Source: a virus. From it: a stretch of DNA of 64,000 nucleotides. Every line of letters begins with the position of its first letter. Positions within the stretch are counted from its first letter, which is position 1. Under the pieces are notes generated by a model. The model had not been told where the DNA came from. It saw only the letters and a program-made list of their open reading frames with translations, and ran no database searches. The stretch covers positions 30,778 to 94,777 of IMG/VR virus record IMGVR_UViG_3300021963_000067; one strand, written 5' to 3'. The translations under genes were made by a program, and so were the position numbers. Below are positions 29,835 through 38,793 of the stretch, piece after piece.

Positions 29835-30764
29835 ATGACATATAATACTGAAAATATTTGGAACAAGCTGTTAAATTTAAAAAATCTTCCGTTTGGAAGT
29901 GCATTAAGTATCTATGATCCAACTCTTGAGACGGAGGTATCTGATATTATTTCTAAAGTATCTGCTCAGAGATGTCTAACTGATATTAACGTACAAGAAA
30001 AATTTCTTAACAGATATTATAACTGGATACAGGAAACTCAACTCAATACTTTCAACGGATTGGAGAATTTTAAAGTTCGAGCATTTTCCAATGGAACTAC
30101 TGAATCGTTTGATAAATTCTATCTTAAAAATAAACAACGTCGAATAAGATATTTTCGAGGTGAATATCTATATCACTTGGCATCGGCTAGTAGTTATTTC
30201 GATCAATCGGCATATCTTGATGACGAACCGCTATCTAAGAATGATGTTGTCATATTCAGTTTGCCATTTGCAGATACTGGAAATGAACATCCGGAAATGA
30301 AAAAAGTATTAACTATTTGCGAAAAGTTAGATATTCCGGTCATGATCGATTGTTGTTATTTTGGAGTATGCAAAAATATTCATTTTGATTTTTCTTACAA
30401 ATGCATATATGGAATAACTTTTAGTTTGAGTAAAATTTTCTCAGTACAACACTTAAGAATTGGTATGAGACTTACTAGAGAAGACGACGATGATCCGTTA
30501 TTGGTCTACAATAGAAATAGATATACTAATCGATTAGGAGCGGCTGTTGGATTTGAGTTGCTCGAACGATATGGTCCGGATTATAATCAACACACATACA
30601 GTTCTACTCAGCAGGAATTTTGTGAACAATTATCAGTGCATGCCAGCAATTGTGTGTTTTTTGCTAATAGTTCGGATAAATTTTTAGAATATAGCAGAGG
30701 AACAGCAAACAATAGATTATGTTTTTCTAGGTACCTTAAATTTGGGGAACTGCCACAGGTTTAA
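29835..30764 (+). CDS. PLP-dependent transferase (fold type I)
   Basis: GTTESFD, IDCCY, FSLSKIF (Schiff-base Lys), RIG.R. Confidence 0.75.
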   Translation: MTYNTENIWNKLLNLKNLPFGSALSIYDPTLETEVSDIISKVSAQRCLTDINVQEKFLNRYYNWIQETQLNTFNGLENFKVRAFSNGTTESFDKFYLKNKQRRIRYFRGEYLYHLASASSYFDQSAYLDDEPLSKNDVVIFSLPFADTGNEHPEMKKVLTICEKLDIPVMIDCCYFGVCKNIHFDFSYKCIYGITFSLSKIFSVQHLRIGMRLTREDDDDPLLVYNRNRYTNRLGAAVGFELLERYGPDYNQHTYSSTQQEFCEQLSVHASNCVFFANSSDKFLEYSRGTANNRLCFSRYLKFGELPQV

Positions 30765-31923
30765 CGTAATGCCATTTAGTTTTACAAGTATTAAACAATC
30801 CTCTAACTTTTCCAGGAAGTTGATATCCGTTAGATTCTGTTATAATAAATTTTTCATTTATCTGAGAAAGAAATTCTGAATTAACATTTATAAAAGTATT
30901 TCTTTCTAATTCAAATTCTGGATGATTAAAAATCCAAGATTGTTTATCTGCTCGATCTGCTTGCATCGGTTTATCTGATTGAAAATTTCCGTTCCATGTA
31001 GTATATATTACTGATTTAGTAATATTACTTTGAATAGATATCAGAACGTTTTTTTCTTGTGGCGTTAAGTTGACGGAATCATTGTTAAAAAAGAACTGTT
31101 TTATTTCAGGATGTTGGTCTACATAACTGCACAACACGTGAGCCTGCTCTAACGGAATATTCGGCATTTTTGGAGTCCAATAAAAATATTCGATAGAATT
31201 TCTATTATAATCCATTGCATTTCCTACTCCAACTGCTGTGTCTAAAAAACAACATAACCAGTTTCCGTTTATAGAAGCAACAATAGGTTTATCTATTCCG
31301 TAAATACATGCAACACGTTTGCCTTTATCCAACAATAACATTTCATTTTTTGATGAGGAAAGAGTGAATCCTATCTCTACATCATTCCATACATTAGCTT
31401 TTCTAAAATTATCCTCAACATAAATTTTAGAAGTGAAATTTTCAGACCAGTCTACGATTTCTATTTTAATTTCTGGACGAGTTTGATTTAACCAATCGAG
31501 AACTGGTTTTATAGCATAGTCCCATTCGCTGAGATAGTTAAAGGCACTAGTGTCTATGGTGTTGGGAGTATATAGTTTTTTATCAACAGTCAACATGGGC
31601 CACTTAACACATACTTCATCTAGTTTGATATTGTTATCTATAAATGTTCTTAATATATTATAACTGTCAGAACCTCCTGAAAAATACAATATTAAATAAT
31701 CATATTCATCTCTTAACTGTTGAGCTCGTTGTTTATATAAATCATTTAAATTTTGCTTGCCCAACAACGCTTTGTTATATTGTTCAAATACATTGTCATA
31801 GAAATGAAATGATATATCAGCATTAAGCTGTGTTGCACTTGTTAAAGCATCAAACTTATTATAAAATTTGGTTCCTAATACTTTCCAAAATACATGATCA
31901 TTAAATTCAAAATTATTCAACAT
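30736..31923 (-). CDS. PP-loop ATP pyrophosphatase, paralog of 28649-29806
   Basis: LYKQRAQQLRDEYDYLILYFSGGSDSYN, GIDKP, EYFYWTP. Confidence 0.75.
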   Translation of the reverse strand: MLNNFEFNDHVFWKVLGTKFYNKFDALTSATQLNADISFHFYDNVFEQYNKALLGKQNLNDLYKQRAQQLRDEYDYLILYFSGGSDSYNILRTFIDNNIKLDEVCVKWPMLTVDKKLYTPNTIDTSAFNYLSEWDYAIKPVLDWLNQTRPEIKIEIVDWSENFTSKIYVEDNFRKANVWNDVEIGFTLSSSKNEMLLLDKGKRVACIYGIDKPIVASINGNWLCCFLDTAVGVGNAMDYNRNSIEYFYWTPKMPNIPLEQAHVLCSYVDQHPEIKQFFFNNDSVNLTPQEKNVLISIQSNITKSVIYTTWNGNFQSDKPMQADRADKQSWIFNHPEFELERNTFINVNSEFLSQINEKFIITESNGYQLPGKVRGLFNTCKTKWHYVKPVAVPQI

Positions 31924-32551
31924 ACTTGGATTCTAATACGTTAATATGATCGGGAAAGGTATTTCTGCTTATTTGAATAGAAATCCTTGGGGAGATTATA
32001 TTCTCAACGCTATGTAATATATTGGTATTTAGACAGATCCAGCGATGCTCAGGAACACGCACTCTGGCAACTTCTTGCAGTGTTGAATAATCAGTTATTG
32101 CATCAGTTAGGTTAAAATTATTTTTAAGTTCTAGTCTTTCTAACGGTTTGTTTTTTTCTTGCCACCAAACGGTATCTGCATCAGTGCCGCCAGCCTCTAA
32201 AAGATAATGAATAGAAAAGTTTCGATTTGCATCAACGTGTGGTGCAACAACATAGTCGACAGATGCTTCAAATATATTAATTCCGCATCCGATAGGATCT
32301 TGTTTAAAGTGAAGCTTTACCCATTCTTCAAACTCTTCACTAATCCAATATCGATAACTACCTGCATTTTTTAGTTGCTTTCCTTCGTCTGTAATAACCG
32401 TTCGATTACTATATTCATTGTATCCAGGTTGTTCTAATAATTTTGGATTCACTCTGCTTTCTCGTTGACGAGAGACTAATGCGGTGTTAGCTGCATTGAT
32501 AACAGAGGCCGGTAGCTGTGGAAGATCTAAGAAGGAATAGATAAAAGTCAT
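31913..32551 (-). CDS. Putative cupin oxygenase, paralog of 9530-10168
   Basis: PHVDANRNF, LHSVENI..PR. Confidence 0.6.
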   Translation of the reverse strand: MTFIYSFLDLPQLPASVINAANTALVSRQRESRVNPKLLEQPGYNEYSNRTVITDEGKQLKNAGSYRYWISEEFEEWVKLHFKQDPIGCGINIFEASVDYVVAPHVDANRNFSIHYLLEAGGTDADTVWWQEKNKPLERLELKNNFNLTDAITDYSTLQEVARVRVPEHRWICLNTNILHSVENIISPRISIQISRNTFPDHINVLESKYVE

Positions 32552-32598
32552 GTGTAAATCCTATGATTCATATTTATTCGATATTTTTACATCAACAA

Positions 32599-33420
32599 CT
32601 ATTTTTTTAGATTTTGTTTTAAAAACATAGATACTGCATCACGAGCGTTTATGTCATCGTACGTATTGGCATGACCCGTACCACTAAGTTCAACGGTTGT
32701 TAGCGATCCATCAACTCTCCCGTTCGAACATCTCGATTTTGATTGTCCAAACCACGGATCGATACTGTATGAGATTGTAAGGCTCTTTACGCCTTGTTCA
32801 AATCCGATGCCTGTAAAACAAAAACCGCTTGACAAAACTATCCCACGGATGCCTTTTATTCGAGTTCGAGCAAGAGCCTCTGCTCCTTCACTGTGCCCCA
32901 TAAAAAATATGTTATCAACGTCCACCCATGACAATTTTTTAAGCTCAAGCATTGCATACGCAATCTCTTGTTCTCGATATGGAATTGCCATTGGGAACCT
33001 ATGAGACACTGTATTGGTTGTAGAGTTGCAATTAGAAACTCTTTTCGGCCTTGCAAAGCTATCAGGTAGTATCACAACAAATCCAAGATTGGCTAAATGT
33101 CGTCCCCACTGTTGATCATGATAAGACTGTATGCCTGCGCAACCATGTAGATATATAACTACAGGATATTTTTGGTCTAATTTTATATTTTTAATTCTTT
33201 TTGAAAAATTACTTTCCGGAATAAAAATCACAGCTTTATTCCAACTCTCTTCTATGCCAGGATCCATATAAATTATGCCCCTAGCTTGTTCAGCTTTGAG
33301 TTGTTGCCAATAGATTTCAGATTCTTCGATTGACTGTGATCCAGGTGGCTCTTCAAGAGCATATGAATTAACAGCAATAAACATCAAGAGCACAAGTGTT
33401 AACTTAGCGATGAGTTTCAT
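32599..33420 (-). CDS. Secreted alpha/beta hydrolase (dienelactone hydrolase-like)
   Basis: Signal peptide; YLHGCAG, GHSEG, DPW, GH. Confidence 0.8.
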   Translation of the reverse strand: MKLIAKLTLVLLMFIAVNSYALEEPPGSQSIEESEIYWQQLKAEQARGIIYMDPGIEESWNKAVIFIPESNFSKRIKNIKLDQKYPVVIYLHGCAGIQSYHDQQWGRHLANLGFVVILPDSFARPKRVSNCNSTTNTVSHRFPMAIPYREQEIAYAMLELKKLSWVDVDNIFFMGHSEGAEALARTRIKGIRGIVLSSGFCFTGIGFEQGVKSLTISYSIDPWFGQSKSRCSNGRVDGSLTTVELSGTGHANTYDDINARDAVSMFLKQNLKK

Positions 33421-33459
33421 AACTTTCTTATATAATATATAACAACTATTATTTTAACA

Positions 33460-34257
33460 TCATTTTAATAGTTTGTCAAGGAATTTTTTGTGTAATTTCT
33501 TTGCTAGTTCTATATGGGATTCTAATGGAGGGTGTCCAAATGTGCATTTTCTTGCAACACCGTTTACAATCAGTGGTTGTAAGTATTCTTTTGGCAAAAG
33601 CATATTATCAACACTATTTTTCCAAACTGTGTTGGCAAACGATCTAGTATGCGGGATGTTGAGTTTATCCAATTGCTCTGACATCATGTCGTTGGACATG
33701 GGCTGCATCATTAACTGTATCTTTGTGGTAAGACCGTTGAATAGCTCCAGAATTTTAAAATAGTGAAATACTATATAATCGTCGTTATACATGTCTAGGT
33801 AAAGTTTGCTACCCATATCGTTGGGAATATTCTTAGAAATCAGTGTAGTGATTTTCTCTTTTAATCGAAAATCTATCATGCGATTCATAGAAGTCAATCC
33901 AACTAATACTAGATCGCTATCTAAAATTCGTCCTTGATCATAGTCCATATAGATTTTAAGATACTGTTCATCTAAACCACTACCGTTCATGGCTCTATTT
34001 TCAAAAGGTACATTTAACAGTTTAGCTAATTGTGCTGCCCACGAACTGTTTCTATGCAAAGGATCATCCCACCTTATGTTAAAATCTTTTTTAAAATTAG
34101 CAGTATGTGCCAAAGACGCTGTTTTATTATTTAGGTAATCTTGTTTCCATTGATTGCATTCTTCGAACGACACACCCATAACAATATGGTCCATAATTTC
34201 GTCGCCGGCTGTATAACTGCAACCATAGGCGATAATGCGATTAAAATTTTTATTCAT
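33460..34257 (-). CDS. SGNH-hydrolase-like hypothetical protein
   Basis: AYGCSYTAG, N.A..GSG, GHP...H. Confidence 0.6.
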   Translation of the reverse strand: MNKNFNRIIAYGCSYTAGDEIMDHIVMGVSFEECNQWKQDYLNNKTASLAHTANFKKDFNIRWDDPLHRNSSWAAQLAKLLNVPFENRAMNGSGLDEQYLKIYMDYDQGRILDSDLVLVGLTSMNRMIDFRLKEKITTLISKNIPNDMGSKLYLDMYNDDYIVFHYFKILELFNGLTTKIQLMMQPMSNDMMSEQLDKLNIPHTRSFANTVWKNSVDNMLLPKEYLQPLIVNGVARKCTFGHPPLESHIELAKKLHKKFLDKLLK

Positions 34258-34270
34258 ACTATTACTTATC

Positions 34271-34345
34271 TGGTCCGGCCAGCAGGAATCGAACCCACAT
34301 TCTAGAGGTAGAAGCTCTATGTACTATCCATTGTACTATGGCCGG
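34271..34345 (-). tRNA. tRNA-Arg(TCT)
   Basis: Cloverleaf, loop CT-TCT-AC, CCA. Confidence 0.92.
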
Positions 34346-34350
34346 AAATC

Positions 34351-34424
34351 TGGAGCGGGATAGGAGAATCGAACCCCTAACTAAACCTTGGCAAGGTTTC
34401 GTTTGACCATTAAACTAATCCCGC
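34351..34424 (-). tRNA. tRNA-Gly(GCC)
   Basis: Cloverleaf, GCC, TCCA. Confidence 0.92.
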
Positions 34425-34425
34425 A

Positions 34426-35001
34426 TTATTGATATTCTATATCTACTGCTAGTATAAATCTGTACTGTTCACTTTGAACTATTCCGGGTCTGTGCCATTG
34501 GTCTCCGGGGTAAATTAACCAGCTGCCGTCTTTGGGCCTTACAAAAAACTTACCTTCAGCTTCGGGACCATTGGGAGCCATCTCTGTACCACAGTAGTCT
34601 CTATCCTGCACATCTTCTGGGATGTGTAGGTAAAATATACCGCTTAACATTTTTCCATTAGGCGACTGTGGATGCCAATGGTGGTGCCAAAGATTATCAC
34701 GATTTTCGGCACCCTGCAAATTAGTCATAAATGACCAGGCCATCATGTTAGATACTTTTACTTCACGCCCCAGGTACATAAACACACTAAACAGAAAACT
34801 CATACGATATTTTAACCAAACAGATTCTGGTCTAGCAAATATATTTTCTTTAGTCTGGTATTTTGGACTGTTAGTAAAATAATTACCATCAGCAATGATT
34901 GATTTAATAATGCCTATGGCTTCTTGATTGTCAGCTTGCGTAATTATAGAGCTGAAGTCAAATTTTCTAAAAGTATCGTTATGATCTATTACTGTATGCA
35001 T
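34426..35001 (-). CDS. 2OG-Fe(II) oxygenase-like protein
   Basis: WHHH, LSGIFYLHIP, WHRP...R; start MHTVID. Confidence 0.7.
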   Translation of the reverse strand: MHTVIDHNDTFRKFDFSSIITQADNQEAIGIIKSIIADGNYFTNSPKYQTKENIFARPESVWLKYRMSFLFSVFMYLGREVKVSNMMAWSFMTNLQGAENRDNLWHHHWHPQSPNGKMLSGIFYLHIPEDVQDRDYCGTEMAPNGPEAEGKFFVRPKDGSWLIYPGDQWHRPGIVQSEQYRFILAVDIEYQ

Positions 35002-35029
35002 AGTGAAATATTTAGTGCGTAAATACAGT

Positions 35030-35947
35030 ATGAAAATATTTGTGCAGTCAAATGATACCATCTCTCGAATACAAATTGATATTCTAAATATTCCTCCAAT
35101 AGTCCGGTGGTTTGATCAGTGCATGAAATTACAAGAAACTCATCCTATTACCGGTCAGCTTTTTTTCAACGACTCTGCCACATTGATATACAATCCTGTA
35201 GGCGATGAAGATGAACTCTATTCTGAATTATTGTCAACTGTTTTCAAACTGAAAATTTTACTACTAGAAAAACAAATAACTAAATTTGCCTTGCCCGAAT
35301 TACCCAAAGTGTTTAATCGTGATCAACACTGGTGTAATGACATACACAATCTGTTTGTTGCAGTAAGCGTTTTCCTAGAAAACAACGGAGTTGAATATTG
35401 GAAATTATCAAGCTCGTGGGACAGTAGAATGTTCGAAGCTGCGAAAAAAGTAAATGTGCTAATTCATAAATTAGAAAAATGGGCCTATCCAACTGCTAAC
35501 AGTCGGTATATTAAATCATACGGCCATAAATATCTACAGACAAGATTTGATCTTTCTTATCATGGCCTAGGCCTATGGTTTGAACTTAGTCAAGAAGAAC
35601 AAGAAATCTATCACAGCACATTAAAAAATAATGTGTTTTACGATGTAGTATTCTCAAATGAAATACTGGGCAAAACCTATTATAGAAGTTTCATTGATGA
35701 GGAGAGTGCTAATAGCCCTGCAATATCTGGTATAGATAAAACTTGGGGAAATCTAGATATTAAGCTAGATCACCAACGCGAAGCAATTTTTCGAGATCCT
35801 CAATTTCAAACTTGGACTGAATTAATTAAACAAGATGTTGACATAGCACCTTTAGAGTTTCCCGTAGGATCAATTAATCCTAATAGCGATTTAGATTATT
35901 TTGTAAAAAGAAAAACTACCGAAGTAGTTTTTCATTTTGTAGATTAG
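35030..35947 (+). CDS. Hypothetical protein
   Basis: Start MKIFVQ after TAAATA; opposite strand to the tRNA array. Confidence 0.75.
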   Translation: MKIFVQSNDTISRIQIDILNIPPIVRWFDQCMKLQETHPITGQLFFNDSATLIYNPVGDEDELYSELLSTVFKLKILLLEKQITKFALPELPKVFNRDQHWCNDIHNLFVAVSVFLENNGVEYWKLSSSWDSRMFEAAKKVNVLIHKLEKWAYPTANSRYIKSYGHKYLQTRFDLSYHGLGLWFELSQEEQEIYHSTLKNNVFYDVVFSNEILGKTYYRSFIDEESANSPAISGIDKTWGNLDIKLDHQREAIFRDPQFQTWTELIKQDVDIAPLEFPVGSINPNSDLDYFVKRKTTEVVFHFVD

Positions 35948-36021
35948 TGGAGCGGGGTAAGAGAATCGAACTCTCCGCTTTAGCTTGGAAGGCTAAGGTA
36001 TTACCACTATACGAACCCCGC
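35948..36021 (-). tRNA. tRNA-Gly(TCC)
   Basis: Cloverleaf, TCC, TCCA. Confidence 0.92.
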
Positions 36022-36038
36022 ATACTGTTATTTAACAA

Positions 36039-36245
36039 TCAAGTTTCATGATCCTCTGGAGTACTGGCTAAAGGACTAGTTGACGGTTTTTTCTTTGACC
36101 AGGATGAATAACTAGATCCTTCTTCTCTACTGCTAACATTCCTGCCAATCTTTTGAATGACTCCACCGCGGGCAAGGAACTCTAGGATAGCCGGATCAGT
36201 TTCTACTCTTTCTTCTTCTTTAACTTCTTTGATTTTTTTAAACAT
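36039..36245 (-). CDS. Small protein with SutA-like RNAP-binding motif
   Basis: EFLARGGVIQKIGRNV resembles the SutA core EFLxRGGKVQEI..NV. Confidence 0.55.
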   Translation of the reverse strand: MFKKIKEVKEEERVETDPAILEFLARGGVIQKIGRNVSSREEGSSYSSWSKKKPSTSPLASTPEDHET

Positions 36246-36264
36246 TATGGCCTTTTATAAAAAT

Positions 36265-36341
<77 letters not shown>

Positions 36342-36343
36342 AA

Positions 36344-36493
36344 TTAACTTGGTATTATATGAGGAACGTAAGGAACCGCTCTTGGACCGTGTCGTTGCTG
36401 TAATAGCATACGTGCTTCTTCTGCTGAATTGGCACCCACTCGATCTTTAAATTCTCGACCGTCTATTCTAATTGTTGCTTCATATAATTTCAT
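36344..36493 (-). CDS. Small hypothetical protein (MKLYEATIRIDGREFKDRVGANSAEEARMLLQQRHG...), not in ORF track
   Basis: 49-aa ORF filling the gap exactly. Confidence 0.7.
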   Translation of the reverse strand: MKLYEATIRIDGREFKDRVGANSAEEARMLLQQRHGPRAVPYVPHIIPS

Positions 36494-36496
36494 ATT

Positions 36497-37252
36497 TTAT
36501 TTAAATCCAAACGGACATTTAGATTCTGTTTTTTGATTGTAAAGAGCTTTATGTTGTCCGCCCCACATTGACTTCTTGGTGAAGTTGTTGGCCATGTTGT
36601 TATATTCTTGTTCCGAGACAACATGACTGCGCAATTCAACATCGTTCTCGGATAACGGAATAATCTGTATCAACGGGTCGCCAGCATTTACTGTCAGTGT
36701 TGTTCCTTTTTTAATGAACATGTTTACGTGAGTATTATACTGTGCCTTAAAATCAATTACAGCACTTAGTGCATGAAAATTTGCATGTTGTTCTGTATTG
36801 TGATAGGTACATTGATTCCATGCAAATTTAACACCAGTCTTTTCTTTTACCAACCACGGACTAGAAATCTTTACATGTTGAAACCCTTTATACAAATCTT
36901 CCCAATACATAAAAGGAGGGTGCGGATTAGCATCTAGGCTATTCATAGGATCATGCTTGTAAAACAAACCTTCTCTAGTCATTTCAATTTTAAAGTCTGT
37001 CCAACTAGGAAGAACAAATCCTGTAGTAAACAAGTTAACCATCCCTACACATCTTTTCGATGTGGGAATTGGAATAGTTTCTTTGCTCTTTGGATCCTGT
37101 AAAGACTTTACGTCTATCATAGGTGGTAGTTGTTTCCAACCTTTTGGTACAAACTTATGTGCATGATCGATATTAAACAAATCATGTATAACTTGATTGT
37201 CTATAAAACAATCTACAACTAACTTTTTTCTACGAAAGAAAAACATAATCAC
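36497..37252 (-). CDS. Hypothetical protein (possible dUTPase-like fold)
   Basis: KRC.G..N....GFVLP.W.D, K..SPW, AGDPLIQIIP. Confidence 0.6.
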   Translation of the reverse strand: MIMFFFRRKKLVVDCFIDNQVIHDLFNIDHAHKFVPKGWKQLPPMIDVKSLQDPKSKETIPIPTSKRCVGMVNLFTTGFVLPSWTDFKIEMTREGLFYKHDPMNSLDANPHPPFMYWEDLYKGFQHVKISSPWLVKEKTGVKFAWNQCTYHNTEQHANFHALSAVIDFKAQYNTHVNMFIKKGTTLTVNAGDPLIQIIPLSENDVELRSHVVSEQEYNNMANNFTKKSMWGGQHKALYNQKTESKCPFGFK

Positions 37253-37257
37253 CTCAT

Positions 37258-37331
37258 TGGTTGCGGGACCAGGAATCGAACCTGGGACTCGAGCTTATGA
37301 GACTCGTGTTTTACCGCTTCACTATCCCGCG
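37258..37331 (-). tRNA. tRNA-fMet(CAT), initiator-like
   Basis: C1:A72 mismatch, CAT anticodon; lacks the 3 G-C anticodon-stem pairs. Confidence 0.85.
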
Positions 37332-37337
37332 ATAACT

Positions 37338-37667
37338 TTATAGGTGCTCTCTGCGGCGCTTGAATCCACGGTAGCCCTTCTCTTCATGGCCGGTCCTTGC
37401 TTTGGTCAACATTGGCAAGTTTCTCGGTGTTCCATTGTAGCTACTACAGAAAGCATTTATAAAGTGTCTAGCCACTCACACCACATGAGCCCTAGACCGG
37501 GTGGTTACCCCGTCCACACGTTGTTTCTATTTAGACGACTAGTGTTCTCGCCTTTGTGATTTCTCAAGTCGTTCCTAAGTAGAACCTTGCGGTAGATCCA
37601 ATGCACCGTGCCTATTATGGATAAGACAATTAACCCCCATTTACTAACGGCTATGGGATGCCGGGTT
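37338..37667 (-). ncRNA. Unassigned structured RNA(s)
   Basis: 330 nt with no credible ORF, GC-richer; closing stem TGCTTTCTG/CAGAGAGCA and several further hairpins. Confidence 0.55.
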
Positions 37668-37668
37668 A

Positions 37669-38241
37669 TTAAATAAGACCTTCTGCTGTCAACGTAGCAA
37701 CAACATCGTCGCTCAGTGGCACTTCAGTCTTGATGTTCAACTCCAACACTTCGTCGTTGATCTTCTGTTTTTGCTTCTTGAGATTTTGAATCTCAGTTTT
37801 GGCTTGATCAATCTGCGCCTTGCTAACCACACTGGTACTCACTGTGTCATCACGACCGTACAGACTGGCTCGACTTTCTTCCTTGCGGTTGCGGATCTTG
37901 TCCAACTTGCCGTTGATCACTGCAAGATCACCCACAGGGCTCAGAGTCGACAATTCTGTCAACTGTGCAATACGTTTATCAATGAACGCAGCCTTGGCCA
38001 AAGACAGATCAATTCCACAATTAGAATTAGCTGTGCCCACAAGCCCACGGATGTTGTACAATGCCAACAAGAGTTTTTGTCGACGACTGTCGTTAACGAT
38101 CAACTGATCGTTAGCCTTTTGCATTTCTGCTTGAGCATCTTGAAACTCGTTGATCTCAATGCTGGTTTCAACTTTAATGCCTTTGATGGCTTCGTTGATG
38201 CTGTTCTGGACAGCATTTGCTTTACGTAGGGAAATATTCAT
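37669..38241 (-). CDS. Coiled-coil hypothetical protein
   Basis: 190-aa helical ORF, AAAGGA RBS. Confidence 0.8.
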   Translation of the reverse strand: MNISLRKANAVQNSINEAIKGIKVETSIEINEFQDAQAEMQKANDQLIVNDSRRQKLLLALYNIRGLVGTANSNCGIDLSLAKAAFIDKRIAQLTELSTLSPVGDLAVINGKLDKIRNRKEESRASLYGRDDTVSTSVVSKAQIDQAKTEIQNLKKQKQKINDEVLELNIKTEVPLSDDVVATLTAEGLI

Positions 38242-38467
38242 CTCGTTGTCCTTTTTTCTTTGTCTTAACAGTTTTTAGAAAATCTAATCTAGTATACTTG
38301 CCTTGTTCAATTTCATTCAAGGCCGTTACAATAAATCCATGTTTACCGACTACTCGAGGCGCATGACCATTTTTCAACTCTCTCGCTCGTTGACTTGCGG
38401 CTAATACCATTTCGAATCTATCGCCATATGCTAACACTGCGTCTTCTGATGAAAGTTGATTGTTCAT
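38222..38467 (-). CDS. rpoZ: RNA polymerase omega subunit
   Basis: ED....GDRFEMVLAASQRAREL..G...V.......TALNEIEQGK. Confidence 0.88.
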   Translation of the reverse strand: MNNQLSSEDAVLAYGDRFEMVLAASQRARELKNGHAPRVVGKHGFIVTALNEIEQGKYTRLDFLKTVKTKKKGQRDEYFPT

Positions 38468-38489
38468 AATTTCCTTAGGTTAAAAATAA

Positions 38490-38743
38490 CGGGTCAGCGA
38501 AAGGTCAAGCAATAGACCGGACAATATACAATGAAGAGTTGTAGTCTTCTTTGACAATGTGCAAAATACAATACACAGAGGTCTATATATTTCCGATTAA
38601 CAAATGACAGTCGTTGGGGTCGGATCACATAAACACGTTCCAATTTCAAGTTGGATTGTAAGTTCGGAGTAAGCGTGAAGCTCATTCCTGTGTGTCTATC
38701 CTCATCTACCTTTCACTTTACCGGTTGTGTATTGCTACACAAC
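38490..38743 (-). ncRNA. Long structured leader / ncRNA upstream of rpoZ
   Basis: 5' GCAA hairpin, then long-range stems AGTGAAAGGT/ACCTTTCGCT and ATAGAC/GTCTAT. Confidence 0.6.
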
Positions 38744-38749
38744 AAAACT

Positions 38750-38778
38750 ATTATAGCACTCTTTGTGAGTGTTGTCAA
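38750..38778 (-). promoter_or_regulatory. Sigma70 promoter
   Basis: TTGACA-17-TATAAT. Confidence 0.88.
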
Positions 38779-38793
38779 TGCATTTTGGTAATA

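Noticed and set aside
38494-38685. 63-aa ORF upstream of rpoZ
   Set aside because: No properly spaced RBS; lies within a base-paired element
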